Assembly: GCA_965649825.1 (NCBI GenBank)
Contig: OZ287703.1
Coordinates: forward strand, 434,001-498,000
Direction: 5' to 3'
DNA: 64,000 nt
Source: Penicillus capitatus
Taxonomy: Eukaryota; Plantae; Chlorophyta
The translations under genes and the position numbers were made by a program. Under the pieces are notes generated by a model. That model was given only the letters and a program-made list of their open reading frames with translations, was not told the DNA's origin and did no database searches. This document shows positions 1-12,200 of this stretch, one piece after another; position 1 is the stretch's first letter; each line of letters begins with the position of its first letter.

Positions 1-219
1 CTCAATGACAAACAGAAGAATAGCTTTCAAGCGTCAACCCATCCTCTTGCGAATTTCAGGAAACCAATCACCACCACAGAAAGACAAACTCATGCGATGT
101 GAGCAACAGTTCAGTTGGTCCGCTGTTTGATGCATTGCCGTGTTCACATCGATGTAAAGAATAAGAATCTGATCAATTGTGCAGCCAAACCTTGACAGTT
201 TGAAACAAAATGGAGGACT

Positions 220-3200
220 CTAGAGATGTCCAAGGAAAATAGCATCTGTAATCATGTCTGCAAAGACCTTTCCAAATGCAGAAGCCAGTGCGTCTGCTAC
301 ATTAGCGTTCATTGCAATGTTCTGGAAAACTCTTGACAGATCTGCATCTCCAAGCGCCTCATGAAATACTCCATCTGCCGCGGCGGCCATTTCCTAAACA
401 GCAGGGCATTCATCAACTTCCAAAGCAGCATTAGAAGGAGCAACACCTGCAGTCGATCGACACACGCGTGCTCTCCAAAAGCTACGGTGTGTACACTCAG
501 GGGACGGTATTGTTCAGCCATCTCCCACATCTTCTCCATTACGAATCGAGGATCATCATGTCCATCGCCATCGGACATGAAGATGAGGACAGGCAGCTCA
601 GTGGCCTCTCTGTTGCTCAGAATATCACATGCCATATTCAAAGGAGGCAAGAAGGCTGTGTTCCCTTCGTTACATTCCAGAAGCTCCAGGTCTGCTTGAA
701 GCGGCACCCTTTGCATCACCTGCCGGGCAGAATCATCGAACTGAATGACACTGACGAGATCCGTCGTCGACTGATCTCTCAATCTCTGATCCAGGAACTG
801 TTTGAATGCGTTAGAGAGATGATCCCAAGGATCTCCCCACATCGATCCAGACTCATCCAGACAGAATATGAAGTGAAATCCAAGGCGGGAATTGACCTAA
901 GGTACAAACACTCTTCAATGAAGGATTCCAACATGCTTCATTCGCGTACTTCACAGTTTCCAAACACATCTTTCCACATCAATTCAAACGTCGCATCATC
1001 GTTATAGTGCTGAACAAATTCATGCATCATCTTGTCAGTGTCGTGCGTGATTCTGCAGAAGAGCAAATGGATGTCCTTCTCCTTCAGCCTTGCCATAACG
1101 CCGCTCGCTGTCAGTCCATGCGGATCACCCTCCGGATACCTAGATCCCAAAACCTCATTTCTAGCTGTCCATGTGCAAAACTGTTCGCACACCTGTCGTC
1201 TCCACAGTCATTGATACTTTGTCCGTGTCCAGGTGCGTCACCGATGAACACACAGAAACGAACCTTGCTTTGCCAACCATGCATGTCAGCCACAGCATCC
1301 AACGCTCCCAACACATCTTCTGGAGTATCCGTTCCGCCGCTTGCTGAACAACGGCCAAGGAAATCTGTCACGTCGTTTGTGTCCGAAGTGAACGATAAGA
1401 GATCAATTCTGTCGACATCTCCATAGTCTTTGTACGCGACCATGGCAAAACGATACTCCAACTCAATGTCGGGATGCTCTTGCTTGATCTTCTGAGAGAT
1501 ATGTTCTGAGATTCCCTACAATCAGCACTCGATCACCTTACATCGCCGATGACGATTCCTACCTTGATCTGCTCTTTGGCAGCGCTCATCCAATACATCA
1601 TGGATCCGGTACAGTCGAGGGCAAAACAGATATCCACCGTGAATGCAGATGGCTTGTTTCCTCTCAACAGCTTCGCTTCTCGTTCAGTCTCCATCGCTTC
1701 CAACAGAGTCGGAAACACCGTCTCATTGTTCTTCAGAATATCTTTGACTGTCTTCGCCTCTCCTTCGCGGAATAGAGCAGCGTTTTGCCAATCGATGAGG
1801 TTCTTCAAGTTTGATCTGTGCAGTCTGGCTGCACTTTGCATTCTGTCCGAGATGCTTTCTAAAGCATCTGGCACCATCTGAGGCAATGCCGCCGTAATCC
1901 ATTTTGGATAGCACTTCTTGACAAAGAACTGTTCCGGACCAACGCCCATTGCCAAAACATCAATTCCCAGATCTTCTTCAATCTTGTGGAGTACACTTGC
2001 CAGTCTCACACCAGAACTTCCATATCCGTCTGTGATCACAAACATCTTCTTCGGTCCACGGACACTACTCTGATCGAGAAGTTTCGCAGCAAAGAGCAAC
2101 GCATCTGCATCCATGGTGGAGAGATCGTTTCTGTGCAGGAGCATGGAGAAGAGCAAGGCAATCGAAGACTCTTCCCAAGCAGCATCTGGCAGTTTGATCG
2201 GATAGATTCCTTCTCCAAATAGAATGACTGAGAAGTCCTCGATATTCATCTGCTTCAGTGCACTGATCAGCATCAAGATTGTTTGCAGTGCACATGAACG
2301 CTTCCTGCCTTGGACCATCGATGCAGAGATGTCCAGCAAAAGAGCCACAGAGTACTCGGATTTCCCTCCACCTTTCTTGTTTGCAAAGATCTTCTTTTCA
2401 TTGCCCTTCGTCACGATGTGCTTAATGAATCCTGGCAGATGGATGGATGGACCCTGGATGTCGGCCCTCTTCCTTGTAAAGCGATTCTGTGGAAGGATAT
2501 TCTCCAGAGCCTCTACCATCTGCGTGATCTCTGCACTCAGTAACTCCTCGGCCTTCATCCAGGCAGCTTCAGCCTTTCTTAATTGATCTTTGTTCTCTCC
2601 ATGCATCCGTAGACTCTGCTGCAAATCGAGAAGGCCTTTTTCAACGGCGTCCATTGAAGAATCATCAAGTTCCAGATTGGCACCCAACAGATGACTCATC
2701 TCAGTCTCGAAAGGGAGTCCATCTGTCGTATATCCACAGTCAAAGAAGCTGCTCCTGTTCTGGCTTCCAGTTAGAATTGTCAAAGACTGTTTTCTGAGAT
2801 CTGCCGATAGTACGGATTCATCCAGATTGAGTATCAGGTCTCTGGGACAACGAGCCTGAGCGACAGGCTGTTGAATGCTACGCAGTAGTTCCCTCTTCTT
2901 CACAATCTTGGCCAGTACACATTCCATTTGCTGAACCATGAGTAACGATAGCGCATCTGGCAGTTCATTGACAGAAAGCACATCCAAGACTTTGTAACGC
3001 GCAGCAGCTTTGCTCCAGAGACCTTCGATCTGGCTCATGATATCCTTTTGTGCCTCGTCCTTGAGATTTAGAACAATGAGATCGATTCCTTTGACATCAC
3101 AGACAGAGGTGTAGTCTTCAGGAGACCTTTCCTGAGTGAGGCCATCCACGATCATGAGCATCACCCGATTGCACTGCAGCTTTTCATTCTCAGACAACGC

Positions 3201-6200
3201 ATTTGGCCAGACCTTCTCAGCGATGTGCCTCAAAGCCGAAGCAGGATACGTGCCTTGATCAAACGAAAACGATTCCAGTATCTTCTGGCCAATGAGAGGC
3301 GTGAAGGCATCATCCATCAGCTTCAACATCTGTTGCGATTTCCGATCGCCAAAGCGAGCCACAGCAAACGGATGCTCCAGTCGCTTCAGCGTCTCCATAA
3401 CGAGCACAAGCGCTTCTCTCATCTGGATCTCCTTGGTGATCATCGATCCCGAATTGTCGACCACGATGCACCATTCGATCACATGCTTCTCGGCTGTGCA
3501 ACTGTAGTACTCTTCAAAAAATGCTTCCCATCTGCGCATCACTTCTGTTAGGAAACGCATAAATGGCTCGCATTCAATCAGCAGGGAATAGGTCCATCGT
3601 TCATGACGGACAGGTTCTGCCTCAATTGGGTTTTCCAGTTCCCTTTCCTCGACATCTGCTCTGGTAATTGCAGTGTCTTTGTAGATCTTGGCAAGATCTG
3701 CATTCTGAACACTACTCTGTGTGGCTTTTCCATCTGCATTGATCTCAACTGGAACCATTTCCATCGCTTCATTCTCGGCAGCATCCGCGTAGATCTCAAA
3801 CTCCTGACTGATCGCATCTGTTCTTCTGGCGGACGGACCTGCTCGCTGACTCTGTCCACCATGTTGTCTGCTTCCTTCGATGTGACAAGGGAGCTTTATA
3901 TCGCTATGTTCTGTAACTCCCTTCTCTTCTTCTGCAGGACACGGTTGTTCTTCGGGTTGAGCCTCGCGGGGCTTCCAAACTTGAACTTCCTTTTGCACCC
4001 GAATGGTAACTTTTTGATCGAGGATGTTGCGCTGTCCTTGTACAGATGGAGATTCAGAGTATGAGGCGACCACACGTGACAGATTCTGGAACCAGTCTGA
4101 CTGCATGTCATCAATTGTTGTGACAGCATCTGCATCTGTTCCAGAAAATGCCAAAGAACAAGATGTACTCGGTCCTGCAAAACTGGAATCTCTCCAAGAA
4201 ACATCTCCTTGATTCTTCTCGAGAAGGTGATTCTCTGAAGGCATCGGGAAGTCTTCTGTCGTGCTTCCTTTTGCAACAGTCATTGCGCCGAACTCATTGA
4301 GGATCCTATCGAATTCAACTGGCAAGTTACTCTTAGGAATGGCATTCAGATGTTGTACAATGCCATCGAGCACATCCTTCACAAATCCCGGAATCTCAAA
4401 GAGAGTGCAGCGCTCCAGGTATCGTTCAAAGAAGTGAACCTGAGAGATGAGGGACAGCCCTGTACAAACGACCCGACTGTCTGCATTCTTGTCCTCTTCT
4501 TTCTTTGGAATATGGGAATAGCGGACTGCCTCTTCGAATACTTCATTCCAGAAGTCTGCAGCTGCTTTCACTTTTGCGATTCCATCCACGATGCGATCCA
4601 ATGTGAGAGCTCTGAGTGACGAGTCTTCACTGGGTGATGCTGATGTATCAGCTATGCTCTCCATCACTGCTTTGAGAATGCCTTCGACTGTGGCAAGCTT
4701 CTCCATGTATCGAATGGTGCCCTCAACACCGGCGTCATCTGATTGATGAGTCGATACAACTTCGGTACCCGACATCTCCGTCTCTCTAGAGCTTTCACTT
4801 CTGAGGAATGCAAACAGTTCCTCTGGTCTTTCGAAGTTCTCCAACAGCCAATGCCACTCTCCGTTTTCTGAAACGGCGGCTGCTTCATTTTCGTCCGTAG
4901 ATCTCTTTGCCTCGTCTCCCGATGCGATTTCTTCACGTGCTGCTTCTTCTTCACTGCTGTCCTCGGAAGGCGACTCTTCTTGTACATTAGCGATTTCAAA
5001 CTTCAGACATTTGCCATCTGCACAGGAAGGCGAATCGCGTTTCTTCCAATGTCCTTTTCCATAGAACTCAGTCAGAGACAGCAGTAATGACATCTTGGCC
5101 AGACAGAGGCCTTCAAGGGTCAGTTCGGCTCTATATCCAATGGCACTCGCAGATAGGAGAATGTTCCAAACTGCTTGACTCTTCTCTCTCTTCTCCCAAC
5201 AACCCAAAGCAGCAAGAGAATCGAAGAGCTTCTTGATTTTAAGTAGGCCATCAATGGACTCCATCTGTGATTCGTCCATGTGGGTGACCGCGTTCTTTGC
5301 TTTCACCACGTCGCCAACAAGCTTGAAGATTCCCATCACAGCCGGTTCGGTGATTTCTTCGATCTTTTTTAGCAATTCTTCTTCATTTGCATTTGAATTG
5401 ACGCCAGACCAAGATTTAATAAGGGAATTAAACGCATCAGTAATCTGCTGCGGCAGAATGAGGAGCAGAATCGTCTTCTCGAGATTTTCATTTTCACCGG
5501 GATCCTTTTCCAAAAGATCCAGCACTATTCCATATGCATCGGTCGATAGTCCTTCAGAGATGGTTCTGCAAGCAGACATTGCTGTTTCTTTCGTTAGATC
5601 CATCTGCAGAGAACAAAGCTCATTTGCGAGCTCGACCGCCTTCTCTGGGTAATTGTCATTCAACACAGCAATAAAGCTGACAACTTTCGACAGAAGATCA
5701 TGGGCATGTGTTGCATGAGAAATGGCCGCAGGATCCAGTTCGCTCAATGCCTCGATCAGCGATTCTTCGGTGCTCTGAAAGTCAACAGGAGATGGCTCAG
5801 AACTCGTGCCCTCATCTGGTGGCAGCAATTCTCGCAACGTTTCCATTAACGGTTGCAGCATAAGATCAATGCCAACGTCGCGTGGCTTCAGCTGGATCCA
5901 CAACTTCATCAAGTCTACTAGCTTCGAGCGATGCTGTGCTTCTACAAACTGAAGCTCTGCTTCTATTTCCGAAGCCTTCTGCTGAGAGTCTGGTAAATAA
6001 AGTCCGTCTGATATCCTCAAAGCAGCCGACTTGATCTTCCTCAGAAGTTCGTGGCGACCAGTAGGAAGACGATGGAGGACAGCAAAGAGCGTTTCCACAA
6101 CAACCCTCCGGATGTTGTGATTCCTTTTTGTTCCACTCATGCGTCCATAAAGAGAACAGATTGGATCGCACACAGATTCCAGTTGAGCGCCCTGAAGTAT

Positions 6201-9200
6201 TGACTCGATCTTCTTTCTTGCTTTATCACTGGGTGAATCGCCAGCATGTCTAGTCAGTGGTCTCTTTTCTTGCTTATCCGTTTCAGACAACGCCCTCACC
6301 AGATCTCGCATCATGTCGCAGTTGATCTGATCTTCGTCTTGATGCAAGAGACGACAGAATGCTGTGACGATAGCCTCAGGATCACCAGAGCATAATTGCT
6401 TCACAGAGTCTCTCACACAGCTGCCGAGTATGGACAGTAGCATCTCCTCTCTGTTATTTTCGTTCAGTGATAAGGATTGCAATATGAATTCTCTGTGTTG
6501 GTGATCTTCTGGAAGCAAATCTGCAATGACTGTGTCGAGACTTGAACCAGCATCAGTCTTTAGGATACTCTCGACGATGCTTGCAATGAATCCAAAAGAA
6601 GCGATTTCTTCATCACTGGAGAGCATCAAACTCTTCAACAGGGTCACGATGTCGCAAAGCGTCGACTCTTGATCATCAAACAACGCTGTGATGGCCTCAC
6701 AACTGTTGTCAAGCTGGGTGGCACTGAAAGCATCAGGCAGGGCTGTTTTTATCACAGCGGCGGCGGCTTTCCACTGTTGTTTCTCTGTGCAGTCTGCATG
6801 CAACAGCATGTACATTGACTGAGCCACGGTTTGTATATCGACGGAAGCATTCGAGACTGCAGCCAGGGGAATGCATATCTCAGACATGTCGCTATGACCT
6901 CTCTCCTCGAAGTGATCCTTGAGTTTATCGAAGTAGTCTGCAAGTGTAGAGGATGGGCCAGCATTCCTTCTTGGTGCCTTTTCCAAGTGCTTCAGATGAT
7001 CAGCACAGAGCGAGACTGCCTCGTTAGGATCGCTGTCGAGAATACGACGTGCTAGTTCCGTCGTCACTTTCCACTCCTTCTGGAGGATTTCGACTTCGCA
7101 AAGCATCATCAGAAGAAAGGACTGTGCTGTGGATGGAGATGAGCTTATCTCTCTTAGAATGTCCAGATTTGGAAGACAGAAGGTTGTATTCTTGATAGCT
7201 AGCCCCGACCCGCTAGATTTCTTGCATGATTGCATCAGATTGGCCAATGTATTTGGTGTATCCGACACCGGAGCCACGATCGTCAACTTCTGATGCATCA
7301 ACTGACACTTTTCTGGTTCTTCGTGAACGAAAACGGCCTGTTCTGTCTGGAAGGTCAAGTCTTCCACTATCCACCCTTTCCCTTCTTTTGCTTGCACACA
7401 GATTTCAAACTGCTTCGAAGAGCGAAAGACTGTGGACACGTCATCCGATCCAAGAAACAGCGGCTCTAGATCTTTCTTCGGGCGTCCGCTTTTCCGTTCC
7501 GTCAGCGAAAGGATCTCAGTCAACTCCGACTGAGGGGCTTTGTTGAGAATCGAAAATTGACCAGTCGTGTTGATCTTGACATCTCTGCTCATGGTTTCTC
7601 CGGGTTTCACTGAACTCGATCGTACCCAACTCGTTGGAGTAATCTCCAGCTTCCCGGATGCCCATAAAAGATACACTTTGAAAGACAGTTTCTTTCCTGT
7701 GTCTGTGAGGAAAGTCACAGTGTGCTCTTGCTTCTTGAGCCGTCTCACTGTCCACTTCATTTCAACATCGATCTCTCCCTTTCCTTCGAAGCTGTAATGG
7801 GGATGATCAAAGGTGAAGTTGTCACTTTCTGGAGGATAAACAGTAACGAGAATATCGTCCCAGTTAATGAACTTGTTTCGGGCAGTGAGCTCCAGTGATG
7901 TCTCATTCTCCTTTACCATATGCACAAGCTGTTCTGTCGTAATCTTGAATTCAACAGTCTTCTGACAAATTTCTGGAACAGGATCTATCCACCTTCCACT
8001 GATCGTCAGCTGTCTTCGTTGGCATCCCTTTGCAGACACCGTTGTCTGAATCTTGAGGTTTTCTGAGCTGTCAGGACATCTCATCCACAAGTTTACTGGC
8101 ATTTCGCTGCCAACTGGTACACTTCCCGCAGAGGGTTCCGTCTTCAATGCATCTGATTTTGACTCAATGCTAAACACCACTGGAACGTCCCCCGTGTTCT
8201 TCACTCTGAGGCAACCTGTGGCTTTTTTGCCTTTCTTCACAGTTTGCATACCATACACACAGGCGACCTTCCCGTCCATTTCGTTCAACAGTACGAACTT
8301 TGGTCGACTGATCTTCGCTTTCAGCTTCAAGTGTTTGAAGCTCTGCACAGCTCCGATGACGACAGTGGATCCGACATCCTCCTCAGTGGCACTGGGTTTC
8401 AGTGTGAATTCCAGAGATTGTGTTTCTCTTGGCAGAAGCAACATCTTCTCTGGCGCCATGGAGAGTGCGCAACGGTTATTGTTGGATTGGATCTGGCCCT
8501 TGATCAACAAGGGCAGGTCTGTCACATTCCTGATGAAGATCTCGCGCTTCTGCTGTTCTGATCTCGGCAGCAAGACTCCAAAATCTATCTCCTCTGTACT
8601 GAGCTGTACAGCTAGTCTCTGGATCGTTGCACAAAGCTTGAAGCGATCGTTCATTTTTGTCTCAGGCGATTCGATTCGCCAACGCTCACAGATTCTTCCA
8701 ACTGCTCCTTCGGTGATGTGGAACGAGAACTGATGAGTTGATCTCCCGTAAAGACGGACCCTGCTCGGGGCCAGCACAGAGAAACCACTAGTAGATGATC
8801 CCTCAGCTGGAGCCACAGAGACAATCATTGTCGAAGCCGTTCGGTTCATCACTTCCACAACGCACACGTGTGCCCTCGATCCAGTCTTCTTGTCGTCTGC
8901 AGCGTACAGATGTGTTCCAAAATCAATACTGATGTGTTTGGGGTCGAGGAAGCAGACCCCTGTGTCTGACTGCGTGACAATGAGCTTGGCACTGTGGTGC
9001 AGTTTGGTCCCTGGAAGCAAGAGATTATCTTTCTCTTTCAGTCGCATAATTCTTTCATGTTCATCTCTGACATGCTCGAAGCACAACATGCATTGGACTC
9101 TGGCGTCAGCAAGGGACAGAGCAGAGTGGCAGCGGTTTTCAGCTCTGAAAGCAATGGCTTCTTTCTGATTGGATGACAAAGGGCTATCTCCCAGTATGAC

Positions 9201-12200
9201 TCTCCACTCTTGTAGTGCTTTGTCAAGGCTGATTAAGTCTTCCTTTGATGTGGCAGACAGAGAGGTTTTGCATAGTCCCAAAACAGCTGCATAGAGCAGT
9301 GAATCGAGACTTCTCTCTCCAAGCAACTGCATACCAAACACACTCCCTTTCATCTTCCGGAAAGAAGTTTGCATCTGATTCGTCCATACAGAGCTGATAT
9401 CTTCGTCAGAATAACTCGGATCAACAAGTCTCAGACTGCTCTCCTTGCAGTCCATCTCTTGTATCTTTCTCAAAGGTTCGCCCAGTTCTTTGATGAAACT
9501 GTTGATGAGTTTGATGTCCGGTTCGATGGACCAGTTGTTTTGTGAACGAGGCAAGTCTAACTGCATCTTGGACTGCAACTCGCAGATCTTGTTAATGGCA
9601 TCTTGCCACTGCTTAATTGATTGGGTGTGCGAACTCTTCTTAATGGCAGCGCGATCAGCATCCACCAACTTAAGAGACGCATCGATTTCTTTCTCCTTCT
9701 CCTTCAGAGATTTCTCCTTGGCAAGAAGAACACCCAGTTCTTGGTATTTCTGTTCATGGACGTCCAGTGCCGTATTCATCTGTTCAGTCAGTGTAATCAT
9801 CTGCTGCATGTTCTCTTTGGCTGCTTCTTCTTGGCAAGGTTTGATATTAAACGGCAATGGAGGGTCCTCTGCGATCGGCATCTCTATCTTGCTAGCTTCA
9901 AGGGTAACGCTCAGTGTTCGTCGAGGTTCGCAGATTTCCTGCACTTCAAATGTGTTGGAAGAGATGATATCCCCTAGCTTGAATCGCTTCGTGCCAATAG
10001 GTGCACTTTGAATGGTGAATTTTAGCGTCAGTTCAAACTTTTCCTCATCATCGACTTCATAGGGGGTAGGAAAACGCACTCCTGAACGGAGTCCGTAGAA
10101 AAAATCGATTGGTGGGCCGGTTCCTCCACTGGTGCAATCGATTTGAACTCTCACGTTGCCAAAGGAAGGAGAAGAATCCAAGTATACATGAGTGAGCTCC
10201 AGGCGAATTGTAGCACACTTCATCAATCCATAGTCAGCAAAATTGATTTCTGCGCACATTTGGTTTTGCAGAAGCCATTGTTGTTTCTTCGAAACGGCAC
10301 TCAACCGACTGCCGAGCATAGGCAAACCAGTTGTTGCTTTTCTATACCAATTCTGACTCTCTATGTTACAGTAACAGAGTCTTGCGTGTTTCCACAGCTG
10401 AGGGTAATCGAAATAGAGGTTTGATGCCTTCTCCAAAAGCTCATCACAGAGACTTCGTCGTTGATTCGTCACCTCAGACAGATCCCGATTCAACTTCCGG
10501 TGAGCATCTTCGCGTCTTCTCCGGCGCTTATCTATGAGCAGGACAACACTGTCTTCGTAATCTTGACGGTCAGACGCGTATTCTGCGGATAGCTTTGCTG
10601 CAGATCGAGCATCTTGAGAGAGTTGAGCCAATGCATCATCGTGGATCCAGCTTGTGATCTCTTCGTGGATTCCACTGCATAAATGATGCAGCATGCCACA
10701 CGCTTCGATCAGAAGTCCTTTTGTATTCTCGTCAATCTCGCGTGCTTCTTGAAGGAACACTTGTGCTTCCTTCATCATCAAAGCATGGTGTGCTTTCAAG
10801 AATTTGTCGAACTGAGTAATGGGAGTCCTTGCAAAGGAAAACGCTTGATAAGCATGCCAATTGTCCAGAAGTCTTTGCCTCGTCAGTGTCAGAATTTGGT
10901 CAAGAATAGTAGAAAGGGCACGAAGCTGCTTGAACTGTGCATTGCTGAACTCGATGTCTGAGAGATCCATTTCTCGATCGCGGAGACACTTTAGAAGTTT
11001 GCCAGTGTCTCGGAAATCGCCCAGCAGCAAGATCTCTTTTAAGGGAATCTCGTCAAATACAGCATCGGCAATTCGCTGACTGAGTGTTTCGGCTGTGGAT
11101 TCGTGTTTTGCTGGAGACTGCAAGAGACTAATAGATGCGGTTTCGTACCACCACTGTTCGCATATTCTTGCCAAGTAATCCGCCAAGTATGCTCTTGGGT
11201 TCTTCCTTCTCCGTAACATCACTTTGGTGACTTCAATGATCTGTGCAGAGAGCTCAGAGAATCTCTGGTGTGTATGCTCTACCGTCATTGCAGGAAGTGA
11301 TCCTCCACATATCTCCAGCAACTGCGTTACAAGGGGATCAAGATTCTCGCACTCTTCTGAGGTAAGGATAGGGACATTGTGTGTCTGAGAGATGTTGCGC
11401 AGTGCGCCCCAGAACTCCAGAATTCCGCGAACAAAGAGCTGTCCAGCGTAGGAAACGGACTGATAGAGTGGAGCATTCTCAGCAAAGCACTGTTCAAGGA
11501 TGTATGCGAGTTGGAAGGGATTCACAAGAGTGCCATCCACAGTTCCGACTTTGAGCGACGTCGTGTGACTTGCCCAGGAGCACGGGAGCAATTTCATCTC
11601 TGCCTTCAGCTCTTCTTCGTCTGAAGAGGGCATCGAAAAAAGGATCTTCTTCTTCACAGATTCTTCCAGCCTTGGCAGGAGTGTCTCTTCATACCAACTC
11701 ATCGGATACATTCTGTGAGCATAAGTGCAACAGCAGCCGATGGAATGCAGAATCAAGCTTCCGAGGTAAGCAAAATAGAGTGCTTTGAGACCATCATCTG
11801 CTCCACATTCCTCTCCGAGGCTTCTGCACTTTTGTTCCAAACGCAGTAAGTGTGTAGACAAGTTCTCTATCTCGGATCCATTGCAGTGATCATACATGCA
11901 CCTCTTCATGAGACGCACTGCAAGGTTCTCTGCTTCCTCGCCAACATTCATCAATGAAGAGATGTTCACTGCAAGAGATTTAGACGCAATGGAGATGCGT
12001 TGTAGTGTACGCTCGTTGCCAACAGATGCACATTTGCATGAGATCTCGATGGCTCTTCTAAATGGATCGTCATTGGACAACTTCGTCAGCTGTCCTTTGA
12101 ACTGTGCATACGACTGCGACCATTTCTCAAATTCTTCTTTGGCTTCTCTGCTCACGGTGATCTCACTGTCTATCAAATTCTGGATGTCAACGAGAACTGC

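Noticed and set aside
1533-1562. ORF-track C-terminus VGIVIGDVR* and separate small VWA ORFs at 309-842, 938-1192 and 1111-1461
   Set aside because: The stop lies inside a 47-nt intron, and the small ORFs are exons of gene A.
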